A stretch of 30,280 bases of DNA from an uncultured Bacteriovoracaceae bacterium (GTDB lineage: Bacteria > Bdellovibrionota > Bacteriovoracia > Bacteriovoracales > Bacteriovoracaceae), in the NCBI GenBank assembly GCA_964012805.1, contig CAXGUD010000042.1, forward strand, positions 1 to 30,280. The letters are read 5' to 3'. Shown here piece after piece: positions 8,667 through 17,241 of this stretch. A program made the translations under genes and the position numbers. Within the stretch, counting starts at the first letter, position 1. Each line of letters starts with the position of its first letter. Below the pieces are notes generated by a model that was not told where the DNA came from, did no database searches, and saw only the letters and a list, made by a program, of their open reading frames with translations.

Positions 8667-10091
8667 TTAAAAATTAAAGCTTATATTATTTTTTTCAAGG
8701 TAGGGACTGATCCTTTCCTTGAAAAGCCTTTCTGCTTTACTTAAGCTCAGTTGATCCTTTGAGGTGAGGCCTTCGCTTAATTCATCAATCAACTTCTTTT
8801 GAATAATACCCAGCTGATAAGCGTGAGCGTAACCAATTAGACTATAAGTCACCATAGCATAACGGGACCTATAAAGGTCCGGAAAGGTTTGCTCTAGTTT
8901 ATTTTCAATTTGTTTTTTCAATAAAAAACTTGGATCTCCAACCTTATCCTTCATTTCATGAAAATTTTCTAAAGCCATATCAGCAATAGCATTGGCATGC
9001 TTAACTCTTTCGTCGGTAAATTGTTGAAAGACAGATTTCCAGTCATCTTGGTTTTTAGAAATAAGATCATCTAAAACGGTACAATCCTCAAAACCGCAAT
9101 TCATTCCCTGCCCAAAAAAAGGAACAATCGCGTGAGCAGCATCTCCAACCAAAAGAACTTTGTCTTGCAAATTCCAAGGATAACATTTAACTGTCCCCAA
9201 GGTTCCGACAGGATTGGCAAAAAAGTCTTCTTCCAAACCAGGCAGAACACCCAATGTATCAGAAAAATAATTCTGAAAAAAACCTTTCACATCCTCTTTA
9301 TTTTTTAACTCTTCAAAGTTTGGTTTTCCAGAATTGGAGTCTTTAGGTAAATATAAAGTCCCAGTGAAACTTCCCTTTAAATTTGCCAGAGTCATAAACA
9401 TGAAACTTCCGCGAGGCCAAATATGAAGAGAATCTTTGTCCATCACATAATTTCCAGATGAATCTGCAGGGACAAAAAACTCCTTGTAGCCAGATTCTAA
9501 TAAATCTACTTTTTCAATAAACTCAGAAGAATCAAACTTTTCAGGAAAAGATTTTTTTAAATAATCCATCATCTGCTTTCTACATAATGATCCCGCTCCA
9601 TCCGTTGCAAAAATATGGTCAATTTCATGGTTTTCTTCTTCATGATTTCTACTATGAAAAGTGTAAATATTTTTCTCAAAATCACAGTTTTTAACCTGCC
9701 TATTGAAATGAAATTTTACACCTTCTTTTTCAGCGATCGAGATAAGGGATTTGTTAAGAAGCGATCTCGATACTGAATAATTACATTCACTTTTATCTTT
9801 TCCGTAGGGTTGAAAAGTGAGATCTCCTTCTAAAGAATGCATCATCCTTCCAAAAACAGGAACTGTAATTTCCTTTAATTCATCCCAAAGCCCTAAGCGG
9901 CTTAAAGCATTGATTGCTCGGGAGGTTATAATTAAATTAATGGAGCGCCCTCCATCAACATCATCTTTCCTTATATCACCTCTCTTTTCAAAAACTGAGG
10001 CTTCAATCCCACGCCTTTTTAAAAAAATGGCCAACAAAGACCCAACCAGGCCACCACCGATAATTGCAAATCGCTTATTTTTTGTTTTCAC
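8667..10091 (-). CDS. kmo: kynurenine 3-monooxygenase
   Basis: GGGLVG FAD motif, GRSINL, LHIWPRGSFM and GDAAHAIVPFFGQGMNCGFED. The GTG start overlaps the kynU stop (GTGA). Confidence 0.94.
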   Translation of the reverse strand: MKTKNKRFAIIGGGLVGSLLAIFLKRRGIEASVFEKRGDIRKDDVDGGRSINLIITSRAINALSRLGLWDELKEITVPVFGRMMHSLEGDLTFQPYGKDKSECNYSVSRSLLNKSLISIAEKEGVKFHFNRQVKNCDFEKNIYTFHSRNHEEENHEIDHIFATDGAGSLCRKQMMDYLKKSFPEKFDSSEFIEKVDLLESGYKEFFVPADSSGNYVMDKDSLHIWPRGSFMFMTLANLKGSFTGTLYLPKDSNSGKPNFEELKNKEDVKGFFQNYFSDTLGVLPGLEEDFFANPVGTLGTVKCYPWNLQDKVLLVGDAAHAIVPFFGQGMNCGFEDCTVLDDLISKNQDDWKSVFQQFTDERVKHANAIADMALENFHEMKDKVGDPSFLLKKQIENKLEQTFPDLYRSRYAMVTYSLIGYAHAYQLGIIQKKLIDELSEGLTSKDQLSLSKAERLFKERISPYLEKNNISFNF

Positions 10092-11356
10092 AGATGATCC
10101 TTAAAAATTTGAACTAAACGATACACATCTTCAAAGTTATTGTAGAGAGGAACAGGTGTAACTCTAAAAATGTCTGGCTCCCTAAAGTCAAAAATAACTC
10201 CTTTCTTAGTAAGAGTATTTAATAAATTTTTTGATCCATTTGGAACCCTCAAGCAAAGCATACTTCCTCTTTCTTTTTCTGGAGTCACCACATGGCATTT
10301 TTCCCCGCAGTTTTCTTTTAAAAGGAATTGGAAGTAGGAGGTCAATTCATCACCTTTTTTTCTTAAGGCCTTCATTGTTGCTTTTTCAAAGAGCTCCATT
10401 GAAGCTCTAAGAGAAGCTAATTGAAAAATAGGTGGATTACTTAGCTGCCAAGATTCAGCATTTCCAATTGCTTTAAATTCGCGCTCCATTAAAAAGCGTC
10501 TTTCCTTATCGTGACCCCACCAGCCTTCAAAACGAGGAATCTTGTTGTCTCCATGATGATTTTCATGAACAAAACACCCGGCTAAACCTCCAGGCCCCGA
10601 GTTAAGGTATTTATAAGAACACCAAACAGCAAAGTCGACATTCCAATCATGAAGATTAAGAAGTAGGTTTCCAGCACCATGAGCTAAGTTAAATCCAGCC
10701 AGTGCACCTCTTTCGTGAGCTTTTTTTGTAATTGATTTAAAGTCAAAACATTGACCTGTTAAGTAGTTAACATTTCCAAGCATAACAAGGGCAAGCTCAT
10801 CGCCTAATTCATCAATTTTATCCAAAATATCTTGAGGACGAAGGGTTTCTTCACCCTCACGAGGAGCTAATTCAACGATGGCATCTTTTGGATTAAAACC
10901 ATGAAACTTAGCTTGAGAATCCACAGCATATTGATCTGAAGGAAAGGTATTTGGCTCAATCAGAATTTTGTAACGCTCCTTAGTCGGCCTATAAAAAGAA
11001 ACCATCATTAAATGAAGATTAACGGTAAGAGTGTTCATCACAACGACTTCTGAAGACTTTCCCCCAACAAGGTTGGCCATACTGTCAGTGAGAAGCTCAT
11101 GGTAAGAAAGCCATGGATGACTACTCTTGAAGTGTCCCTCTACACCGTATTTTGCCCAAGCATAACACTCGTCATTTATATATTCTTGAGCATTTTTAGG
11201 CATGAGCCCCAGAGAGTGACCTGCAAAATAAAGAACTTGCTCGTCAGAGTCTTCTTTTTTTGGAAAAGAAAAACTTTTCCTAAAGTGAGACAAGGGGTCA
11301 TTGTTATCTTTTGTCTTGGCAAAATCTATTGAAGTATCATTCATCAGAGAATTCAT
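10088..11356 (-). CDS. kynU: kynureninase (3-hydroxykynureninase type)
   Basis: YFAGHSLGL, MNTLTVNLH, FPSD, AHGAGN, PLP-Lys motif WCSYKYLNSGPG, GWWGH and SNPP. Confidence 0.95.
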   Translation of the reverse strand: MNSLMNDTSIDFAKTKDNNDPLSHFRKSFSFPKKEDSDEQVLYFAGHSLGLMPKNAQEYINDECYAWAKYGVEGHFKSSHPWLSYHELLTDSMANLVGGKSSEVVVMNTLTVNLHLMMVSFYRPTKERYKILIEPNTFPSDQYAVDSQAKFHGFNPKDAIVELAPREGEETLRPQDILDKIDELGDELALVMLGNVNYLTGQCFDFKSITKKAHERGALAGFNLAHGAGNLLLNLHDWNVDFAVWCSYKYLNSGPGGLAGCFVHENHHGDNKIPRFEGWWGHDKERRFLMEREFKAIGNAESWQLSNPPIFQLASLRASMELFEKATMKALRKKGDELTSYFQFLLKENCGEKCHVVTPEKERGSMLCLRVPNGSKNLLNTLTKKGVIFDFREPDIFRVTPVPLYNNFEDVYRLVQIFKDHL

Positions 11357-11374
11357 TTTTTAATTCCTCATTTT

Positions 11375-12157
11375 TTAATTTATTGAAAAACCCACTTCCC
11401 CAATTCCTTCCACCTTAAGAAGACAATTCATACCACTTTCCATCATAACAGCTGCTGTAGCTGCTCCAGCAAGAACAATTTGTCCTGCTTTCAAATTTAT
11501 GCCTCGAGAAGTCGCTAGGTGGCTCAACTCTACTAATGATTGAAAAGGATTCCCAGAAATATCTTTAGAAGACCCAACCTGGCTAAGTTCCCCATTAATA
11601 AACATTTCCATTTTTAAGTTTTCAAAATCTAATTTTTTGAAATCTTTCAACTCAGGACCCAAAACAAAATGGGAAGATGAAGCATTATCTGCAATAACAT
11701 CTTCTAAAGAAAAATATTTAAATTGGGTGTAACGGGAGTCCAAAACCTCTAACGCAGGATATACTGCGCTACAAGAATCTATGGCATCTTTAAGAGTTAA
11801 AGGAGATTCAATATCCCTCTTTATTAAAAAAGCGATTTCAGGCTCTACTTTTGGATGAATCATTCCTTCCATTGAAAAGCTGCCTTCATTAGATATTTCC
11901 ATCTTGTCGGTCAAAAACCCATAAAGTGGCGAATCTAGGTCCATTTGTTCTCTTTTGGCTTTTGAGGTTAAACCCATTTTATAACCTCTTAGGAACTCTC
12001 CTTTGTCAAAGCGGTGTTTAGACCCCATATCCTGGATTTTGTAGGCATCCTCAACAGAGAAATCTTTAAACTCTTTGCTTATCTGCTCGATAGGGCTTGC
12101 TTCAAGCCTAGCGTCAGTCAATTTTCCTGCCAATTCAGTTCTTTGAGACTCCTCCAC
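11375..12157 (-). CDS. FAH-family 4-oxalocrotonate decarboxylase (DmpH/NbaG-like); 2-keto-4-pentenoate hydratase possible
   Basis: GYKMGLTSKAKREQM, HPKVEPEIAF, EVLDSRY and DVIADNASS. GTG at 12157 is preceded by AAGGAG; the ORF track starts at TTG 12172. Confidence 0.8.
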   Translation of the reverse strand: MEESQRTELAGKLTDARLEASPIEQISKEFKDFSVEDAYKIQDMGSKHRFDKGEFLRGYKMGLTSKAKREQMDLDSPLYGFLTDKMEISNEGSFSMEGMIHPKVEPEIAFLIKRDIESPLTLKDAIDSCSAVYPALEVLDSRYTQFKYFSLEDVIADNASSSHFVLGPELKDFKKLDFENLKMEMFINGELSQVGSSKDISGNPFQSLVELSHLATSRGINLKAGQIVLAGAATAAVMMESGMNCLLKVEGIGEVGFSIN

Positions 12158-12265
12158 AATTTTCTCCTTCAAAATTCGAAATAAAGTTATGAATAATTTT
12201 ACTTTTTTTTTATAAGAATGAATATTTAATATAAACTGATAAAAAGCCCTTAAAGAGAGCCTCTA

Positions 12266-12916
12266 ATGTTCATTGAACCTGATTCAAAGATTTATGATAT
12301 TTCTCCAACTATTTCAAAGGATATCGCTGTTTTTCCTGGAGACACTCCCTTTGAAAGAGAGGTTCTTATGTCTTTTGAAAAAGGGGACCACCTCCATCTC
12401 TCTACAACTCGATCAACGCTGCACATAGGAGCTCACGCTGACGCACCAAACCACTATCACCCCAAAGGACAAGGTATTCATGAAAGGGACCTTCACCTTT
12501 ACTTGGGGTTATGCCAAGTCATTTCAGTTAAACTGAAGCCCAAAGAAAGAATTATTCCAAGTCACCTTGAAGGTCAAAAAATTAGGGCTCCAAGAATTCT
12601 TTTTAAAACAAGTTCATTTAATAACCCTGACAATTGGAATAATGACTTTAACTCTTTATCACCTGAACTTATAGAATGGTTAGTAACAGAAAAAGTTAAA
12701 CTTGTAGGAATCGATACTCCCTCTGTTGACCCGTCAGATGATAAGGTCCTCCATTCTCATAATTGTATCTACGAGAATAATCTTGCTATTTTAGAAGGGA
12801 TTATTTTGAAAAATGTTAAAGACGGTCTCTACACATTAGTAGCGCTTCCACTAAAAATAAAAGATGCCGACGCAGCTCCAGTTAGGGCCATACTTGTAGA
12901 GAATAAGGAAAAATAA
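12266..12916 (+). CDS. kynB: kynurenine formamidase (metal-dependent cyclase family)
   Basis: FPGD, HIGAHADAPNH (HxGxHxDxPxH), GIDTPSVD, ILEG and DAAPVRA. Confidence 0.92.
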   Translation: MFIEPDSKIYDISPTISKDIAVFPGDTPFEREVLMSFEKGDHLHLSTTRSTLHIGAHADAPNHYHPKGQGIHERDLHLYLGLCQVISVKLKPKERIIPSHLEGQKIRAPRILFKTSSFNNPDNWNNDFNSLSPELIEWLVTEKVKLVGIDTPSVDPSDDKVLHSHNCIYENNLAILEGIILKNVKDGLYTLVALPLKIKDADAAPVRAILVENKEK

Positions 12917-14362
12917 ATGAAAAAAATTCTAAACTTTATTAATGGTGAGTTTGTTGAGCCGACATCCAAAGAATACCTGGAAAATGTTTCTCCTATAAAT
13001 GGGGACATCTATTCACTCATTCCAGATTCAGATGAAAGAGATGTCCAAAAGGCACTCAGAGCTGCTGACAAAGCTTCTCTTGGCTGGGCTGAAACACAAG
13101 CCTCTGACAGGAGTCAAATTCTTCTTAAAATGGCTTCTATTATTGACTCCAAGAAGGATGAACTTGCAAAAGCAGAAACCATTGATAATGGAAAGCCTAT
13201 TAAACTCTCTAAAAAAGTTGATATTCCAAGAAGTTCATCAAATTTAAAGTTTTTTGCTGAAATGATTTCTCAATTTAAAGGTGATCATTTTCCTTCAGAA
13301 GAACATGTATTTAATTATACAGTTAGAAAACCCTTGGGAGTCGTCGCTTGTATATCTCCTTGGAACCTTCCCCTTTATCTTCTTACCTGGAAAATTGCTC
13401 CTGCTCTTATTACAGGAAATACAGTCGTTGCTAAACCATCTGAAATAACGCCGATGACAGCTTTTTTATTGGGAGAAATTGCTAATGAAGCGGGACTTCC
13501 AAAAGGCGTTCTTAACATTATTCATGGAACTGGAGAAAAGGTAGGCTCTCCCCTTGTCTCCGACCCTCTTGTCAAAGGTGTATCCTTTACAGGTAGCACC
13601 CTAACAGGAAGATCAATCGCAGAAAAAGCCGCTCCCTCATTTAAAAAAGTCAGCCTAGAAATGGGTGGCAAAAACCCCAATATCGTTTTTGAAGATTGTG
13701 ATTTTGAAAAAGCTGTTAATACAACTGTTCGCTCGAGTTTTGAGAATCAGGGACAAATTTGTCTATGCGGTTCAAGAATTTTTGTTCAAAGATCAATTTA
13801 TCAAAAGTTTAAAGAAGCACTTAAGGAAAAGGCCTCAAAAATGGTTATTGGAGACCCACTTTCAGAAAAAACTGATTTGGGGGCACTTGTTTCCAAAGGT
13901 CATTTTGATAAAGTAAGCTCTTACATTGACCTTGCTAAAGAAGAAAAAGGAACTGTTTTATTTGGAGGTGAAAAACCAAATTTAGATACCTCTTTAAAAG
14001 ATGGCTATTACTTAAAACCAACACTCATTGAAGGCCTTGACCCTTTTTCAAGAACAAACCAAGAAGAAATTTTTGGACCGATAGCTTCCATCACTCCTTT
14101 TGATTCAGAAGAAGAAGTCTTAAAGTGGGCCAATAGTACAACTTATGGTTTAGCAGGAACTATATGGACACAAGATTTAAAAAGGGCCCATCGTCTTGCG
14201 AATAAGGTTAATTCAGGAATTTTATGGGTTAATTGTTGGATGAAAAGAGACTTAAGAACACCTTTTGGAGGTCTTAAACAATCAGGAGTAGGAAAAGAAG
14301 GTGGTTTATACGCTCTCAATTTTTTTACAGAAGAAAAAAATATTTGTGTAGATTTTAGTTAA
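12917..14362 (+). CDS. 2-aminomuconate 6-semialdehyde dehydrogenase (ALDH8/HMSADH family)
   Basis: ISPWNLPLYLLTWKIAPA, FTGS, LEMGGKNP, catalytic Cys in NQGQICLCGSR and EEIFGP. Pathway context supports the substrate. Confidence 0.87.
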   Translation: MKKILNFINGEFVEPTSKEYLENVSPINGDIYSLIPDSDERDVQKALRAADKASLGWAETQASDRSQILLKMASIIDSKKDELAKAETIDNGKPIKLSKKVDIPRSSSNLKFFAEMISQFKGDHFPSEEHVFNYTVRKPLGVVACISPWNLPLYLLTWKIAPALITGNTVVAKPSEITPMTAFLLGEIANEAGLPKGVLNIIHGTGEKVGSPLVSDPLVKGVSFTGSTLTGRSIAEKAAPSFKKVSLEMGGKNPNIVFEDCDFEKAVNTTVRSSFENQGQICLCGSRIFVQRSIYQKFKEALKEKASKMVIGDPLSEKTDLGALVSKGHFDKVSSYIDLAKEEKGTVLFGGEKPNLDTSLKDGYYLKPTLIEGLDPFSRTNQEEIFGPIASITPFDSEEEVLKWANSTTYGLAGTIWTQDLKRAHRLANKVNSGILWVNCWMKRDLRTPFGGLKQSGVGKEGGLYALNFFTEEKNICVDFS

Positions 14363-14382
14363 ATTAATCTTTAGAGGAAATA

Positions 14383-14802
14383 ATGACAAAAGAAACAATT
14401 CATTCAAATCAAGCACCAGAACCCGTTGGAGCCTACCCTCACGCCCGAAAAGTCGGAGATCTTCTCTTCCTGTCAGGGATAGGTCCAAGAAAAAAGAACT
14501 CAAAGGAAATTCCTGGAGTCACTCTTAACGATGATGGGACAATTAAGTCTTACAATATTGAAGAACAATGCCACAGCGTTTTTCAAAATATAAAGTTTGT
14601 TCTTGAGGACTCAGGAGCCAGCTGGGACAGTCTTGTGGACGTTACTGTCTTTTTAACTAATATGAAAGATGACTTCCCAACCTATAATAAGATTTACAAA
14701 GAATATTTTAAAGACAATAGACCTTGCAGAACCACTGTAGAAATTAGTTCATTGCCAACACCAATTGCCATTGAACTGAAATGCATCGCAAGCTTGGCTT
14801 AA
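14383..14802 (+). CDS. RidA/YjgF-family protein, probable 2-aminomuconate deaminase
   Basis: APEPVGAYPHA, LFLSGIGP, FPTYNKIY and RPCRTTVEISSLP..IAIE. Sits between the AMS dehydrogenase and HAO genes. Confidence 0.82.
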   Translation: MTKETIHSNQAPEPVGAYPHARKVGDLLFLSGIGPRKKNSKEIPGVTLNDDGTIKSYNIEEQCHSVFQNIKFVLEDSGASWDSLVDVTVFLTNMKDDFPTYNKIYKEYFKDNRPCRTTVEISSLPTPIAIELKCIASLA

Positions 14803-14823
14803 CCTTTAAATTAGGATCTAGTT

Positions 14824-15339
14824 ATGGGACTTATGAGTACAATTAATTTAAAAAAATGGATTGAAGAGCATAAAGAACTCTTAAAACCACCTGTTGGGAA
14901 TAAATGTGTTTGGAAAGATAGAAACTTTATCGTTATGGTTATTGGTGGACCCAATAGGAGGGAGGATTATCACATCAATTCTGATGAGGAGTTTTTTCAT
15001 CAAATAAAAGGTGATATTACTTTAAAATATATTGATAAAGATGGTTCTTTTAAAGAAGTGGAGATTAAAGAAGGAGATATCTTCCTTCTTCCCCCCAAAG
15101 TGCCTCATTCACCTCAACGTCCTGAAAACTCTATTGGTATGGTAATTGAGAGAGTCAGAGGCCCTAATCAAAAGGATGGTTTTGCGTGGTATTGCCGCCA
15201 ATGCAACAATAAACTCTATGACCATTATCTTCATGTATCAAATATCGAAACTCAACTACCCATCGTATTCAAAGACTTTTACTCTAATGACCAACATATA
15301 ACCTGTGGTAAATGCGGATACAAAAATATCAAGGTATAA
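14824..15339 (+). CDS. nbaC: 3-hydroxyanthranilate 3,4-dioxygenase
   Basis: LKPPVGNK, GGPNRREDYH, EEFFHQ, PHSPQR and rubredoxin-like CRQC/CGKC pairs. Confidence 0.96.
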   Translation: MGLMSTINLKKWIEEHKELLKPPVGNKCVWKDRNFIVMVIGGPNRREDYHINSDEEFFHQIKGDITLKYIDKDGSFKEVEIKEGDIFLLPPKVPHSPQRPENSIGMVIERVRGPNQKDGFAWYCRQCNNKLYDHYLHVSNIETQLPIVFKDFYSNDQHITCGKCGYKNIKV

Positions 15340-15340
15340 A

Positions 15341-16357
15341 ATGGATATTTCAAATATAAAAAAAATTGACGTTCATACTCATATTCTTCCTCCAAATATT
15401 CCAAAATTTAAAGATAAGTTTGGCTATGGAGGCTTTATCCACCTTGATCATGACCACCATAATTGCTGCGCCAATATGGTAAGAGACGATGGGTTCTTTT
15501 TTAGAAAAATAGAGTCCAACTGTTGGTCACCTGAAAAGAGGATTGAAGAATGTCTAAAGACTGGTGTTCATAGACAGGTTCTTTCCACAGTACCTGTCAT
15601 GTTTTCTTATTGGACTAAACCTCAAGATGGTCTTTATATAGCCCAGTTTCTTAATGATCATATTGCAGAAGTTTGCCAAAAGTGGCCTTCAAACTTTTTT
15701 GGTCTTGGCACTCTTCCCATGCAAGATACAGAATTGGCGATTAAAGAACTTGAAAGATGTATGAAAGATTTAAACCTCCAAGGAGTTCAAATAGGCTCTC
15801 ATATTAATGAGATGAATTTGAATGACCCTGCCCTTTTTCCTATTTTTGAAGCAGCCCAAGAATTAGGTGCCTCTATTTTTATCCACCCCTGGGACATGAT
15901 GGGAAAAAGTGAAATGCCAGATTATTGGTTGCCCTGGCTCGTTGGCATGCCTGCTGAAACATCAAGGGCCATTTGTTCAATGATTTTTGGTGGAGTCTTT
16001 GAGAGGTTACCAAGGCTAAGAGTTGCCTTTGCCCATGGTGGCGGCTCTTTTCCTTCTACCATTGGGAGGATAGAACATGGCTTTAATGTTAGACCTGATT
16101 TATGCGCAAAAGATAATCAGAAAAACCCAAGGGATTATCTTAAGTCTTTTTTCATAGATTCGCTTGTTCATGATAAAAGTGCACTTAAATACGTCGTAGA
16201 CCTTTTCGGAGCCGAAAATATTATGCTCGGAAGTGATTATCCATTTCCACTGGGTGAACATCACCCGGGTTTATTAATTGAATCTATGACTGAGTTTGAT
16301 GATAAGATAAAGGGACAATTACTCTATCAATCTGCTCTAAGATGGCTTGACCTCTGA
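15341..16357 (+). CDS. nbaD: 2-amino-3-carboxymuconate 6-semialdehyde decarboxylase (ACMSD)
   Basis: DVHTH, FIHPWDM, WLPWLVGMPAET, AHGGGSFP and GSDYPFPLGE. ATG at 15341 begins 1 nt after the nbaC stop; the ORF track starts at 15305. Confidence 0.94.
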   Translation: MDISNIKKIDVHTHILPPNIPKFKDKFGYGGFIHLDHDHHNCCANMVRDDGFFFRKIESNCWSPEKRIEECLKTGVHRQVLSTVPVMFSYWTKPQDGLYIAQFLNDHIAEVCQKWPSNFFGLGTLPMQDTELAIKELERCMKDLNLQGVQIGSHINEMNLNDPALFPIFEAAQELGASIFIHPWDMMGKSEMPDYWLPWLVGMPAETSRAICSMIFGGVFERLPRLRVAFAHGGGSFPSTIGRIEHGFNVRPDLCAKDNQKNPRDYLKSFFIDSLVHDKSALKYVVDLFGAENIMLGSDYPFPLGEHHPGLLIESMTEFDDKIKGQLLYQSALRWLDL

Positions 16358-16575
16358 GCCATCTCTAGCTTCTTTTCTACTTTCTTAGCTTTTTTAATTA
16401 TCCTATAGATAAAGTAACCTGGAACATAAGTGAAAGCGATGAAACCAATAAGTATATAGGCCGTATAATCATCTTCAGAACCTTGAACAGCTCCAACGCA
16501 AGCCGGACAGGCCATGGCTTTGGAAGAAATCAAAGCCATGGTAGTTAAAAAGAATATTTTTATTTTGTTTAACAT
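16327..16575 (-). CDS. small exported/membrane protein with an N-terminal CxxC (CPAC)
   Basis: MLNKIKIFFLTTMALISSKAMA|CPACVG... gives a signal peptide, CxxC, one TM helix and a basic tail. ATG lies 4 nt after the CoxIII stop, and the 3' end overlaps ACMSD convergently by 31 bp. Confidence 0.7.
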   Translation of the reverse strand: MLNKIKIFFLTTMALISSKAMACPACVGAVQGSEDDYTAYILIGFIAFTYVPGYFIYRIIKKAKKVEKKLEMAQRSSHLRAD

Positions 16576-16579
16576 AATT

Positions 16580-17218
16580 TCACAGAAGGTAAATAAACGT
16601 AAAAACAAGAATCCAGACTAAGTCGACAAAGTGCCAAAACAAGCCTGCCAACTCTAACTGGTTATAATTTCCATTATCAAAAACACCCTTATGGGCCAAG
16701 TTATACATTTGACATAAATAAAGCGTTCCCATCAAAACATGCAGTCCATGGAATCCAGTAACTGAGTAGAACGTAGACATGAAGTGATGATATGTGACTC
16801 CTTTATACACAAAAGGCGCTCCAAACTTCATATTTTGCATGTAGAGGATGGTGTATTCATAAACTTGAAGACCTAAGAAAATAAATCCTCCTAAAATAGT
16901 TAAGAGAAGCCACTTCTTCATCTTATCTCTATTCTTCATTCTACATGCGTCAATTGACAGAACCATTGTCACCGAACTGCAAATAAGAAGAAAGGTCATA
17001 AAAGCTGGTAAATCAACTCCACCCAAAGCTTCAATTGGGTTAGGCCAATCTTTAGTAGCCCTTAAAATCGCATAAGCTATAAGTAAACCTGCAAAGCTCA
17101 TCGCATCTGTAACAAGAAAAATCCACATGGCTATTTTGCCTGGCGTAGCTTTCCCAAACTGAGGGTCTTCTGGGTACGTTAGCATTTCAGCTGGTCTATT
17201 ATTTGCGTGAGCGCCCAT
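16580..17218 (-). CDS. ctaE: heme-copper oxidase subunit III (short form), copy B
   Basis: MWIFLVTDAMSF, TFLLICSSVTMV, QVYEY, TGFHGLHV and GLFWHFVDLVW. Confidence 0.92.
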   Translation of the reverse strand: MGAHANNRPAEMLTYPEDPQFGKATPGKIAMWIFLVTDAMSFAGLLIAYAILRATKDWPNPIEALGGVDLPAFMTFLLICSSVTMVLSIDACRMKNRDKMKKWLLLTILGGFIFLGLQVYEYTILYMQNMKFGAPFVYKGVTYHHFMSTFYSVTGFHGLHVLMGTLYLCQMYNLAHKGVFDNGNYNQLELAGLFWHFVDLVWILVFTFIYLL

Positions 17219-17241
17219 TTTTTCTCTCCTAAATTAGCTTT

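Noticed and set aside
6359..16357. Kynurenine cluster plus UbiA-family prenyltransferase as a rhodoquinone/aminoquinone pathway (as in nematodes)
   Set aside because: The prenyltransferase has clear heme O synthase motifs, and HAO/ACMSD consume 3-hydroxyanthranilate. No quinone-modifying genes are in the window.
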